DNA of 64,000 nt from Salinispira sp. (GTDB lineage: Bacteria > Spirochaetota > Spirochaetia > DSM-27196 > Salinispiraceae): assembly GCA_965226555.1 (NCBI GenBank), contig CBDDDG010000022.1, forward strand, positions 64,001-128,000, in the 5' to 3' direction. The position numbers were made by a program, and so were the translations under genes. Positions 1 through 9,704 of the stretch are shown piece after piece; within the stretch, counting starts at the first letter, position 1; each line of letters starts with the position of its first letter. The notes beneath the pieces are model-generated. The model had not been told where the DNA came from. It ran no database searches and saw nothing but the letters and a program-made list of their open reading frames with translations.

Positions 1-1
1 C

Positions 2-514
2 ATTCAGGAAGCAGGGAAACTTGCGGACATGCTCTTTGCCTTCTTTCCTGCCTACAGCAATAGTACCGATCTTGTTGAAATATCACTTCTGCTCGGTTAT
101 ACATCGCAGGCGCGTTCAAGTCTGAACACCTACCTGCGCAACAATATCAGGCAAGAGCCGGCAGAATATGTTAAGAGTCTTTTCCTGCTTGCCCGTATTT
201 TTATTGCAGAAGAAAATGTCATAGCTGCGCGGACGCTCCTTCTCGACTATTTTCAGGCAGATAGGCTTCCGGCAGATAGTTCCGGGGTCGATTCTGATGT
301 CGATCCGAGGATTGATTCTCTGTATTATGTCCAGAGTGCGCAGCTTCTTTATGATCTGCTGCAGTCAAATGGGGAGTACTCCGCCGATAATGATCTCCTG
401 AAAAAACTTGAAAAAATACTCACAGGGGTACAATTACCGGCTCATTCTGTGTCTGCCTATCCGGACATCCGTTTATTCGATACATCGGTAAACAGCCTTC
501 CAGACGATAATTGA
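2..514 (+). CDS. Hypothetical helical-repeat (TPR-like) protein, 5'-truncated by the window edge
   Basis: Frame is open from the window start to the stop at 514; helical, TPR-like pattern (LFLLARIFIAEENVIAARTLL). Confidence 0.55.
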   Translation: MQEAGKLADMLFAFFPAYSNSTDLVEISLLLGYTSQARSSLNTYLRNNIRQEPAEYVKSLFLLARIFIAEENVIAARTLLLDYFQADRLPADSSGVDSDVDPRIDSLYYVQSAQLLYDLLQSNGEYSADNDLLKKLEKILTGVQLPAHSVSAYPDIRLFDTSVNSLPDDN

Positions 515-522
515 GGGTTTTA

Positions 523-2013
523 TCATTGATCGTTCTCAAGCTGAAGGATCTGCTCCATAATGACTGTGTCATGAGTATGCAACACTTCAGCCCCATAGCT
601 TGTCAGAATGGCTTCCTGCATGTGTATTCTGCGCTGGAGCTGGGTTCCTTCGGTTTCCTGCTCAAACCGTATGAGGTAGTTGCGTTTTTCAACAAGGGCA
701 TCGTTATTGTCGAAAAAGGTAATTTCCAGAATACTTTGATCATTAAGCTGAAAAACTGCGTAGGCGCCGTTAAGTTCCTGCTCCCGGGTTCGGAGGGTGA
801 TGTAGGGCGCCGCAAAAAACATTTCCCAATCGCTGTCGCTCACATAGAGCCCTGAAATTTCATGGGGATAAAGAATTTTCTGCTTTATGTGGTATTGGGT
901 ATTCTGAAGGGTAGAATTGTTCTCGACACGTTGATAACTTCCCGACCAGAATGTGCTGTTTGATCTCGTGTTGAATTCTACCGCTATGGTGTTAAGATCC
1001 AGCACCGATAATTGAATGCGCTGAGTAATGTTTGAAATAATTTCATTTTGAGCGTATATCCATAGGTTATTGCCAATACCCCAGCGGGCAGAACTTGTCC
1101 AATGAAAATGCAGCTGCCGATCGGCTGTCGCCATCTGAATCGTTTCGTTATCGTGAGAGAAGAGAATAATCTGATCTCCGTCTGTATGAATCCAGAGACC
1201 GTCAAGAAATACATGAAAATCATTAACATTTCCCGCATGCAGACGGGCGAGCTGATCTTGTTCCACGATGGTGCCCGATATTTTCCGTGTTGATGTCAGA
1301 TGATACCGGCTGTCATCCGGTTGCCACGTATACGTAGATTGTATCATATCAAGATTATTTTCTGTTCCAAGATCATGATTCAGCGCATGTATTGTATGCG
1401 CGGTGGTATTCAATCCCGTTACCGGAATGTTTTCCCTGTTGACATTATGTATGTCCACCGCAATATCGGCGCGAATACTAATTATCGAGGTAAACTGGAG
1501 TCCGAAGTTTGCGGCTGAATTTTGCTGAAATATATCGAGGGTCTGTTCTCCGGGCTTATTGACTCCAATAACAACAATTTCCACATTCCCATTACCCGCA
1601 ATATCATCAATGTAGAGGTTAAGGGTTTTGAGGTCTGTTGCCTGAGTATATCCTTGCCAGCTTGCCAGATAGGAGTTCAGCACAGGATCAAGATCAATGA
1701 CCATAATGCCAATAAAATTACCCTGATCATTCTGGTCCTTGAACACGACTATTTGTTCATTCTGATTATCGGTATCAATATTCACGTTGTGTATTTGATG
1801 GACGATAAACTCATCCGGCAGAGATATGAAAAGATCCGCTATATCTTCTCCGGCAGGCGACGCGGGGTTCGGTGTCTGAGGCGAAAAAAGGGCTATGGAA
1901 TTTCCTGCCTGCGGGAAAATTGAACCGCCCGCCACCGGAAGAGGCTGGGTTTCCCCGCATGAGTTTAATGCGAAGAAAACAAGGACGGTGATGCAGTAAT
2001 AATACAAACGCAT
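523..2013 (-). CDS. Lipoprotein, pallilysin-related adhesin family (spirochaete)
   Basis: Lipobox FALNSC; resembles the family (NIDTDNQNEQIVVFK, DIAGNGNVEIV, GEQTLDIF, FLDGLW). Confidence 0.6.
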   Translation of the reverse strand: MRLYYYCITVLVFFALNSCGETQPLPVAGGSIFPQAGNSIALFSPQTPNPASPAGEDIADLFISLPDEFIVHQIHNVNIDTDNQNEQIVVFKDQNDQGNFIGIMVIDLDPVLNSYLASWQGYTQATDLKTLNLYIDDIAGNGNVEIVVIGVNKPGEQTLDIFQQNSAANFGLQFTSIISIRADIAVDIHNVNRENIPVTGLNTTAHTIHALNHDLGTENNLDMIQSTYTWQPDDSRYHLTSTRKISGTIVEQDQLARLHAGNVNDFHVFLDGLWIHTDGDQIILFSHDNETIQMATADRQLHFHWTSSARWGIGNNLWIYAQNEIISNITQRIQLSVLDLNTIAVEFNTRSNSTFWSGSYQRVENNSTLQNTQYHIKQKILYPHEISGLYVSDSDWEMFFAAPYITLRTREQELNGAYAVFQLNDQSILEITFFDNNDALVEKRNYLIRFEQETEGTQLQRRIHMQEAILTSYGAEVLHTHDTVIMEQILQLENDQ

Positions 2014-2066
2014 AAAACTATATACCGTATTTTTGCATTAATGGGAATACGGGAAAGGACGAGAAC

Positions 2067-2190
2067 AAAGTTTATCAATGCAAAAGTTTCTATCTGGAAT
2101 GCTTTCTTTGTGCTTAGCATTCTCCTATTTTATAGAAAGTTTTGCTACTGGAAATTGTGCTCTGCACAATTTTCCAATGCAAAACTTTGA
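2067..2190. repeat. Modular palindromic repeat, copy 1 (modules B + A)
   Basis: GGAATGCT-ttctttgtgctt-AGCATTCT hairpin followed by AAAGTTTTGCTACTGGAAATTGTGC-tct-GCACAATTTTCCAATGCAAAACTTT. Confidence 0.9.
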
Positions 2191-2197
2191 GATAGAT

Positions 2198-2431
2198 TTA
2201 AAAATCCTGATATTTAAGCCACCACGATCCCCATGGAACTGGTATTATCGTTTCCGGCTTACTGTGTACCTGAGCAATATCTTCCATATCAATGAAAGTG
2301 TCGTTCCACCCCTTTTCAGCTATAAGATTGCCAAAATCATCAAAATCTTTTTTATATGGATTTGGCTTACCCTTAGTGAAATCATCAAAATTATTCATTA
2401 TATATTCCTCCATTTTTGTGTCCTCTATCAA
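2198..2431 (-). CDS. Small hypothetical protein (start may be ATG 2398 after GGAGG)
   Basis: Directly follows the stop of the SDH protease gene; SD-like GAGG/GGAGG present. Confidence 0.55.
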   Translation of the reverse strand: MIEDTKMEEYIMNNFDDFTKGKPNPYKKDFDDFGNLIAEKGWNDTFIDMEDIAQVHSKPETIIPVPWGSWWLKYQDF

Positions 2432-3370
2432 TTAAAAACATCTCCTGCATCCCATTTTTGAATGCATGAACCCTTTATAACCTAATTTCTTACGGTAAAA
2501 ATCATTACACAAACCATGATAATGTCTAATCAATTCATTGACAGAATCAATATTACCAAAATTATCTATTTTTAATTTTATTTTCTCGCTGGAAAGATCG
2601 TGCATTGTTATTCCTCGCCCATGAGAGTGCCATTGTTCAGCATTTCCAAGAGCTTTTGCGATTTTTTCAGCTCTTTCTTTCCGCATGGGTTTCGTTACTA
2701 TTGTTTCACTACTTTCTGTTTTTTTCCAGTTTTTGAATTTGTATTTTGGCAACCAGTTTTTAATTAAGTCTTCGCCGTGTTCAATGGCTTGTTCTATGGC
2801 AAAAAGCATAGCAGGTTCAAAATTCTGTGTCAAAAAATAAAGCTCCGCACGCACAGCATCAGATGTATCCGCCTTGTTTATACTTGCAATTAACTCCTTA
2901 TATTTTGCCAAATACCCGTACCCTGTGTTTCCAGCGATATTCAATTGTGGATCAATGGGCCCCAGCATTGAATAGTAATCCATAAATATTCTGTCACCCG
3001 ACATGACCAAAATTGTACCTGCTGAATAGGCAACGTTTGGAATCACAAATGACACCTCAGCATAATAGTTTCGCATAACTGAAACCAATCGTTCAACTGT
3101 TTCTATCGAACCGCCACTGGTCTCCAATAAAATAATTAGACATGGTCTTTTTTTTGTCTTTTGTCTGTTTTTGTTTAATGTTTCTACCAATACTCTAAAT
3201 TCATCATCTAAGGGTGGAAAAATTGGCGAATTTATAAAAAGACAGTCGACACCCGTTTTATCGTGATTTGTACTGCCAGAAAGGATATATTTCCCCAACC
3301 CTTCAGCTATTTCAACATTCAGCTTACTCAATGTTGAGTTAACAATACGCTCAGTATTTACCGATTCCAT
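2432..3370 (-). CDS. SDH-family (SDH_sah) ClpP/crotonase-fold serine proteinase
   Basis: Motifs LETSGGS, VIPNVAYSAGTILVMSGDRI, SMLGPIDPQ, WHSHGRGI. Confidence 0.8.
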   Translation of the reverse strand: MESVNTERIVNSTLSKLNVEIAEGLGKYILSGSTNHDKTGVDCLFINSPIFPPLDDEFRVLVETLNKNRQKTKKRPCLIILLETSGGSIETVERLVSVMRNYYAEVSFVIPNVAYSAGTILVMSGDRIFMDYYSMLGPIDPQLNIAGNTGYGYLAKYKELIASINKADTSDAVRAELYFLTQNFEPAMLFAIEQAIEHGEDLIKNWLPKYKFKNWKKTESSETIVTKPMRKERAEKIAKALGNAEQWHSHGRGITMHDLSSEKIKLKIDNFGNIDSVNELIRHYHGLCNDFYRKKLGYKGFMHSKMGCRRCF

Positions 3371-3532
3371 TTTTTGCCCGCCGCATTTTTAGCATTTCAC
3401 ACTACACTACCACATACAATATCCCATATAAAATACATTAAACAAACTAATTCAAGAAAAAAGGGAAAAATCCGCGCCTGCCCGCCCATGCGACTGGATC
3501 AGGTCAAAATACTAAAACTTTTTCATTATTTT

Positions 3533-3563
3533 TTGACTCATTTCTGTAAAGGTATGGTATAAT
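3533..3563 (+). promoter_or_regulatory. Sigma70-type promoter of the Panacea gene, probably leaderless
   Basis: TTGACT ... TGgTATAAT (extended -10), then 6 nt to ATG 3570; no SD. Confidence 0.6.
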
Positions 3564-3569
3564 TAAAGA

Positions 3570-4112
3570 ATGTATAATGTACAAAAAGCAACAGCATTAG
3601 CTGCATATATTATTGATAAAGCAGGTAAGGGTGATAAGATTAATTTCCTTAAACTGTTAAAACTCATGTATCTTTGTGACAGATATATGTATGAACAACA
3701 TGAAAAATTTATTACAGGCGATGAGTATGTTTCAATGAAACTCGGTCCTGTGCTTTCTCATGTTTATTATGCTATTACTGGCAAGAAGAAGTATCCTTTC
3801 TGGAATGATCATATTACTACCAAAGGTTATGATGTAGAGATTATTGCCCCTGTTAACCATAAGAATCTTCTCAATGAAGAAGAACTGTTTATGGCAGATA
3901 ATATCTCCAATGTTTATGGAAGATATAGTGAAAAGGAACTTGTGGATATTTTACACGCTTCCTGTTCTGAATGGAAAAATCCTGAATCTGAGAAGAGTGC
4001 TGTCATGCCGCTCTCTGTAAGCGCCATTAAAAAGGCAATGCAAGCTGAAAATAGTGTCGTGGATTTTCCTGTAGAAGCCATTAAAGAGGCAATGCAAGCT
4101 GAAATACAGTAA
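3570..4112 (+). CDS. Panacea-domain (DUF4065/SocA-like) antitoxin
   Basis: KLLKLMYLCDR...ITGDEYVSMKLGPVLSHVY and ELVDILH...EW, typical of the family. Confidence 0.85.
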   Translation: MYNVQKATALAAYIIDKAGKGDKINFLKLLKLMYLCDRYMYEQHEKFITGDEYVSMKLGPVLSHVYYAITGKKKYPFWNDHITTKGYDVEIIAPVNHKNLLNEEELFMADNISNVYGRYSEKELVDILHASCSEWKNPESEKSAVMPLSVSAIKKAMQAENSVVDFPVEAIKEAMQAEIQ

Positions 4113-4121
4113 AAACAATAT

Positions 4122-4157
4122 GTTTTGCTACTGAAAATTGTGCTCTGCAAAACTTTG
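4122..4157. repeat. Modular palindromic repeat, copy 2 (internally deleted module A)
   Basis: GTTTTGCTACTGAAAATTGTGCTCTGCAAAACTTTG, same orientation as copy 1. Confidence 0.8.
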
Positions 4158-4185
4158 TTTTTATGATATTATCGAAATTGTTATT

Positions 4186-5544
4186 ATGAGAGCCGTAGAC
4201 CTAATACTAAAGAAACGTTCGGGTAATGAACTGCATGAAGATGAAATTCGTTTTCTTGTGAATTCCTACGTGAAGAATACCATACCTGAATATCAGATAG
4301 CTGCATTTCTCATGGCGGTCTATTTTCAGGGACTCAGTAACAGGGAAACCTCATTACTCACGCAGCTTATGATCGATTCCGGCGATGTCATTAATCTTGA
4401 GAAACTGGAGGGGTTTTCCCGAAATTCTCTGGTAGATAAGCATTCAACCGGCGGCGTTGGCGACAAAGTCAGTCTCATTCTCGCCCCCATTGTCGCTGCC
4501 GCAGGCGCGCAGGTTCCCATGATGTCGGGGCGCGGTCTGGGGCATACCGGTGGAACTCTGGATAAGCTTGAGAGCATACCCGGGTATTCGACTGCGCTTT
4601 CTCCGGCGGATTTTGCGCGGATAATTGATACCTGCGGTTTTGCGATGACCGGGCAGAGTAAGCGCATTGTGCCGGCCGATAAAAAACTCTATGCCTTACG
4701 GGATGTTACCGGAACAGTTGAATCGGTACCGCTCATAACCGCCAGCATTCTGAGTAAGAAATTTGCTGAGGGTACGCAGCAGCTTGTGTTCGATGTTAAA
4801 TGCGGTACGGGCGCTTTCATGAAGACTGTTGAAAAAGCGCGGGAATTAGCGGAATCATTAGTCCGTGTCGGTCAGGAGCTTGGGCGCGGCACCACTGCGG
4901 TCATAACTCGAATGGACGCCCCCCTGGGAACAAAGGTCGGTAATTTTCTTGAAGTAGAAGAAAGCATTGCCTGCCTTTCCTGTGAGGGTTGGCAGGCAGA
5001 TTTCAGCTCCGGTAATTTTGTCATTCATGGAGAAAGCGCCGATCTTATGGAAGTAACGCTTCATCTTGCTGCCCATATGCTCAGCATAAGCGGAATTGCG
5101 GAAAATTTCGATACTGGACTGCGGCGTTCCGTAGAGCTTCTCCGAAACGGAAAGGCGCTTGATCGTTTCTGGCAGAATGTTGAACTTCAGAAGGGGCAGA
5201 GGGCCGAGTGCGAAGCGCTCATTGGCAATAGGGATGGCCTGTTTCGGAAGGAAATTACTGCTCCGCGGGGCGGCTGTCTTCAGAGTCTGGATGCGCAGCG
5301 AATTGGCGAAGCATCGGTATTGCTTGGAGCGGGGCGTAGCCGCGCCTCCGATACTGTTCTTCCCGATGTCGGCATTGAAGTGCATGCAAAACCCATGGCT
5401 ATTCTCGCGAAGGGTGAAAAAGTACTCACTCTTTTTGCCCGTGATGAAACAAAGCTTGCTGCCGCTGCTACGCATGTATCTGGTATAGCTGACATCGGCG
5501 CTGAAGAAAAAATTGAGGAACCGCAGATCATTTCAGTGATCTGA
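4186..5544 (+). CDS. pdp: Pyrimidine-nucleoside/thymidine phosphorylase
   Basis: MRAVDLILKKR start, VDKHSTGGVGDK, SGRGLGHTGGTLDKLESIPG, ADKKLYALRDVTGTV. Confidence 0.95.
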   Translation: MRAVDLILKKRSGNELHEDEIRFLVNSYVKNTIPEYQIAAFLMAVYFQGLSNRETSLLTQLMIDSGDVINLEKLEGFSRNSLVDKHSTGGVGDKVSLILAPIVAAAGAQVPMMSGRGLGHTGGTLDKLESIPGYSTALSPADFARIIDTCGFAMTGQSKRIVPADKKLYALRDVTGTVESVPLITASILSKKFAEGTQQLVFDVKCGTGAFMKTVEKARELAESLVRVGQELGRGTTAVITRMDAPLGTKVGNFLEVEESIACLSCEGWQADFSSGNFVIHGESADLMEVTLHLAAHMLSISGIAENFDTGLRRSVELLRNGKALDRFWQNVELQKGQRAECEALIGNRDGLFRKEITAPRGGCLQSLDAQRIGEASVLLGAGRSRASDTVLPDVGIEVHAKPMAILAKGEKVLTLFARDETKLAAAATHVSGIADIGAEEKIEEPQIISVI

Positions 5545-5556
5545 ACATACATCAAT

Positions 5557-7695
5557 ATGAATGCTGCCGAACAAGGAAAAAATATGATATGGAAGGTTTC
5601 CCGGCCGGCTCCTGAAGATATAGACTTATTTACCCGAAAATATGGCACTAACCGGTTAACATCTGCCTTATTGCTGGCTCGGAACATTGTGGAACCCGAG
5701 CAATTAAAATACTTTCTGAACGATGATCTGCGCTTCCTGCATAACCCCTTTCTTTTTTCTCATATGAATACGGCAATAGGCCGAATTAAGGTTGCGATAT
5801 CGGAAAATGAATACGTTCTCGTTTACGGCGACCGCGATGCCGATGGAATTACTGCGACAGTACTCCTTGTTTCTGCCCTGCGGGATGAGGGGCTCACGGT
5901 TTTTTGGGAAGTACCGATGGGTGATGATCCCTATTCATTGCAGAATAGTATTGTTGAAAAATATGCGGAGAAGGGTGTCACGCTCATTATTACCGTAGAC
6001 TGCGGAATAACGAATGTTCAGGAAATTTCTCATGCCCGTACATCGGGAATTGACTGCATAGTGATCGATCACCACAACCAGGGAGAAGAACTTCCGGAGG
6101 CTGCGGCAATAATCGACCCGAAATGCAGTTTTGACCGATATCCCTTTGAAGGTCTCAGCGCTGTCGCCTTAGTTCTGAAATTACTTACCGCTCTTGACAT
6201 TTCGAGGAGCGATTTTTACAACCAACCCATGTGCTTCCTTAATCTTCGCCCGGGGAACGAGAGTATAATTATTGAAGCTGTGAAACTTTTCAATCTTGTT
6301 GAGGAAGCTCGCATAAGTGAAACGATAGTTCCGGGTTCAGGTAAACATCAGCTTGATCGAATTATCGACTTCATAAAGGATCAGCCAATCATCGTCTATC
6401 AACAGGATATTCAGATGAAACTCCTCTCTGAGGTATTTGGGAATTCCTTCGAATTTATGATGACGGATATTACCGAAGAAATATGGACTGCATTTCCCGC
6501 TCTCAGAGGTAAGAGCCTTCTCCGTATGCTGGAGGGCTCAAAACTCAATAAATTCAGCGCAAAACCGATGCAGGAAATTGATGCCGCCGTACAGCTTCTC
6601 ACAAGTTACTTTTATGCGAAAAATCCATTCATTCTTGAAAATATGAAGGCGCGTCTCGACATTACCGCGCTTGGTCTTATTGCAGACATGATGCCCCTCT
6701 TCGATGAGAATCGAATAATTATCCGCCACGGACTCAGATTACTTGAGAAAACACCGCGCAAGGGCCTGCGCGAACTTATGGCGCGTCTGAATGTACTTGG
6801 CTCTCCGCTAACCTCAACCACTGTTTCATGGAAACTTACTCCGGCAATTAATGCGACAGGACGTATGGGTCAGCCTGATCTCACCATTACATTGCTGCTT
6901 GAAGAAGGTAACATTGTTGAGTTGGCAGAGAACATTCATCAGCTCAACGAAAAAAGAAAACAATTGGGTAATACTGCCTGGGAATTTTCTCTCCCTGAGG
7001 CAAAAACGTCGCTTGAAAATTATGAGGGTCTGTTGATCTGTGTTTCGCATGAGTCAATAAGCAGGGGAATAACCGGTATTCTGGCAGGAAGATTGAGCAG
7101 ACAATTCAATGTGCCGGCAATTGTTCTGGCTATTGTTGACGATAGCTATGTTGCTTCTGTGCGCAGCGCGCGGAATTTTCATGTTACCGATTTTCTGGCG
7201 CAGTTCTCGCATATTTTTGATGATTTTGGCGGACATGATGCAGCAGGGGGGTTTCGCTTCCAAAAGGATCGCTATGATCAGTTTCTGAGTGAACTCAAAA
7301 GCAGGGCAGCTCTTATTGAGCTGGGGGGAGAATCGGAAATAGTGCTGAATGTGGATATGGAGCTTCGGGCTTCGGAGATTGGTGAGGAACTTGAGAAATT
7401 TCAGGAATCAATGGCTCCGGCGGGTCAGGGTTTTCGGCAAATTCAGTATGCGGTACGTAAGGCACGGATTGTAGATGCGAAAATTATCGGCAAGAATGCC
7501 GAGCATCTCAAGTTGCTTTTGGCTGTTGGAAATCAGAAATGGCCTGCCATTTACTGGTCATCGGCAGATCGATTTCAGAGGGATTTCACTGCAAATTCAG
7601 TGGTCGATTGTGTTTTTACCCTCGAACGGAATTATTTTGCCAATAATTCAGTTCTTCAGCTGACAATTCTCGACATTCAAAATCATGAAGCATAG
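5557..7695 (+). CDS. recJ: ssDNA-specific exonuclease RecJ
   Basis: YGDRDADG, ITVDCG, IDHH, PAINATGR, GGHDAAGG motifs. Confidence 0.95.
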   Translation: MNAAEQGKNMIWKVSRPAPEDIDLFTRKYGTNRLTSALLLARNIVEPEQLKYFLNDDLRFLHNPFLFSHMNTAIGRIKVAISENEYVLVYGDRDADGITATVLLVSALRDEGLTVFWEVPMGDDPYSLQNSIVEKYAEKGVTLIITVDCGITNVQEISHARTSGIDCIVIDHHNQGEELPEAAAIIDPKCSFDRYPFEGLSAVALVLKLLTALDISRSDFYNQPMCFLNLRPGNESIIIEAVKLFNLVEEARISETIVPGSGKHQLDRIIDFIKDQPIIVYQQDIQMKLLSEVFGNSFEFMMTDITEEIWTAFPALRGKSLLRMLEGSKLNKFSAKPMQEIDAAVQLLTSYFYAKNPFILENMKARLDITALGLIADMMPLFDENRIIIRHGLRLLEKTPRKGLRELMARLNVLGSPLTSTTVSWKLTPAINATGRMGQPDLTITLLLEEGNIVELAENIHQLNEKRKQLGNTAWEFSLPEAKTSLENYEGLLICVSHESISRGITGILAGRLSRQFNVPAIVLAIVDDSYVASVRSARNFHVTDFLAQFSHIFDDFGGHDAAGGFRFQKDRYDQFLSELKSRAALIELGGESEIVLNVDMELRASEIGEELEKFQESMAPAGQGFRQIQYAVRKARIVDAKIIGKNAEHLKLLLAVGNQKWPAIYWSSADRFQRDFTANSVVDCVFTLERNYFANNSVLQLTILDIQNHEA

Positions 7696-8725
7696 ATACC
7701 TGTACATTTTTTTTCTCATCGGCTTTCTTCATCTCATTCATGGCAGCCCGGCAGCGGAAAGTCTTTCTGATGCTGAAGACCAGTTCCAAGACCAGTCCCA
7801 GAATGCGCCGGACATTTCCGCCGAACACGTTCCGATTCCGGAAAACGCATTCTTTCCCGGCTTCATCATTGCTGAAGACAGGCTTTATCCGGGCTCCCTG
7901 TTTGAAGCATTTATGTCTTACCATGAAGAGGAGCCCGTGCTGTACATAATGGACGGTGAAAAAATTCTGTACGCCATCCCGCCGGTGCCCGTTGACGATA
8001 CAGAGAATTTTGAACCCTTTCTGTACTTCCTTCAGGGACTCGATAGTACAGTCAGCCCCGGAAATTATCAGCTGCGCATGAAAACTCAGGAAAGTGATCG
8101 TATACTTCACGAGTATTATATTGAAATTTATCCACGGGATTTTCACAGTGAGGAAATCGTGCTGAATACAAAACTCACCGAAATTCGGACTGATGCAAGT
8201 TCCCGCCGTATTAATGAGGGAAGGGAACTGATTGAATTATTGGAAACCGTAAAAAACTCCAGCCGATTCATGCTCGGTTCTTCAGAGCGGAGGCATCCAT
8301 TACAGAATATAGTATATACATCATTCTTTGGCGACCGCCGTGTTTATGTCTATGACAACGGTAATACGGCAACAAGTGTTCATAATGGACTGGACTATCG
8401 CGGGGCTGTAGGGGAAACAATTTTTTCCCCATTTAACGGGAGGGTGCGTATGGCGAAGGATCGAATTGTTACGGGAAATACCGTAATCCTTGAACACCTG
8501 CCGGGGACATATAGTTTGTACTACCATCTTTCTTCAATGGATGTCGCGCCGGGTGATGATGTGATAATTGGCGATGTTCTCGGAACCATTGGGGCTACCG
8601 GTCTTGCGACGGGGCCGCACCTCCACTGGGAAATTCGGGTGCGGGGAGTGGCTGTTGACCCTGAAATATTTCTTGAGGGTGTTTTACTTGACAGAGGACG
8701 TCTCAGTGATATACTGAGCAGATAG
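7685..8725 (+). CDS. M23-family metallopeptidase with signal peptide
   Basis: HNGLDY, YYHLS, GATGLATGPHLHWE. Confidence 0.9.
   Translation: MKHRYLYIFFLIGFLHLIHGSPAAESLSDAEDQFQDQSQNAPDISAEHVPIPENAFFPGFIIAEDRLYPGSLFEAFMSYHEEEPVLYIMDGEKILYAIPPVPVDDTENFEPFLYFLQGLDSTVSPGNYQLRMKTQESDRILHEYYIEIYPRDFHSEEIVLNTKLTEIRTDASSRRINEGRELIELLETVKNSSRFMLGSSERRHPLQNIVYTSFFGDRRVYVYDNGNTATSVHNGLDYRGAVGETIFSPFNGRVRMAKDRIVTGNTVILEHLPGTYSLYYHLSSMDVAPGDDVIIGDVLGTIGATGLATGPHLHWEIRVRGVAVDPEIFLEGVLLDRGRLSDILSR
8688..8715 (+). promoter_or_regulatory. Sigma70 promoter for rpsU, inside the 3' end of the M23 gene
   Basis: TTGACA, 16 nt spacer, TATACT, with extended TG. Confidence 0.7.
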
Positions 8726-8748
8726 TTTAATGAAGGTGGTGATATACT

Positions 8749-8958
8749 ATCGCATATATAAAAGTTGATGATGCCGAGAATCTGGAAAAGTCGATCAAGC
8801 GCTTTAAGCGGATGGTGGAAAAAGAGGGGATAATTCGTGAATGGAAAAAGCGTGAATTTTATGAAAAACCTTCTACAATCAAGAATCGAAAACGAAAAGC
8901 GGCCGAGCGTAAGGTCCAAAAGAAAATACGTAAGGCGCAAAGTATGAAAAATTACTGA
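8749..8958 (+). CDS. rpsU: 30S ribosomal protein S21 (absent from ORF track; apparent ATC start)
   Basis: Translates (I/M)[54 protein letters not shown]...; SD-like AAGGTGGTGA upstream. Confidence 0.95.
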   Translation: MAYIKVDDAENLEKSIKRFKRMVEKEGIIREWKKREFYEKPSTIKNRKRKAAERKVQKKIRKAQSMKNY

Positions 8959-9674
8959 TGGTTCGCAGGATCGGGAAGGGGCTTTGCAGGCTCCCATTTT
9001 GGAGAAGGTTTTGCATTTTGCAAACCATATTTTTCCTTTTATCCTGTACGCCGCAGTCCTTTGTTATAGAATCCGCAAAGTTATATCCGCTCTATGTTTA
9101 TAATCCTGAAGAAGATTCGCTAACGCTCTTTGCGGCGCTTTCCGTTCGTCTTGAGGCGGGAGCTACCGATATCCGCCGAATTCGTCTGGAAGAAGAAGGC
9201 GGACTATTCTGGGAAATTGATCTGGTTCAAAATGGGTCTTACATATCCCGTACTCCCCAGTCTTCGGAAGAGGAATATGTATCTCCATTCTTTGAGGTTG
9301 GGGAAGATGAGCAGAAAACCGATTTCCTGTACCCATGGTTTCTGAGCCCGGGCGAAAATGCTCTTCCCAATGGCGTATATTCTCTCATTCTGTGGGACTA
9401 TTCCGGTGAAAATTCACAAATTTCTGCTCGCTATACAAATATCAGTGAAAATGATTTTCAGGATCTGAAGAAACATCTCATCTCCCTGAACCCATCCCAA
9501 AAGAACATTCAAAATTCCTATGAAGTTGTCTACCATAATGATCCTCGCAACAATGCAGTGCTGAAATTGGAGCAGGAAGAGTACATATCATCCAGCGGGG
9601 ATGCCAGTGAGGGAATTTTCCTGTGGGGAGTGCCTGCCGGCATCAATTGTCTGGTACTTGCGGGACCCTACTGA
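8958..9674 (+). CDS. Hypothetical lipoprotein
   Basis: Lipobox FLLSC; start overlaps the rpsU stop (TGATG). Confidence 0.6.
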   Translation: MVRRIGKGLCRLPFWRRFCILQTIFFLLSCTPQSFVIESAKLYPLYVYNPEEDSLTLFAALSVRLEAGATDIRRIRLEEEGGLFWEIDLVQNGSYISRTPQSSEEEYVSPFFEVGEDEQKTDFLYPWFLSPGENALPNGVYSLILWDYSGENSQISARYTNISENDFQDLKKHLISLNPSQKNIQNSYEVVYHNDPRNNAVLKLEQEEYISSSGDASEGIFLWGVPAGINCLVLAGPY

Positions 9675-9704
9675 CGCAGGTGATGGGGTGCTATTTGATG
9701 AGGG

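Noticed and set aside
2078..2461. 127-aa plus-strand ORF
   Set aside because: Starts within the repeat and is antisense to the cassette genes; likely spurious
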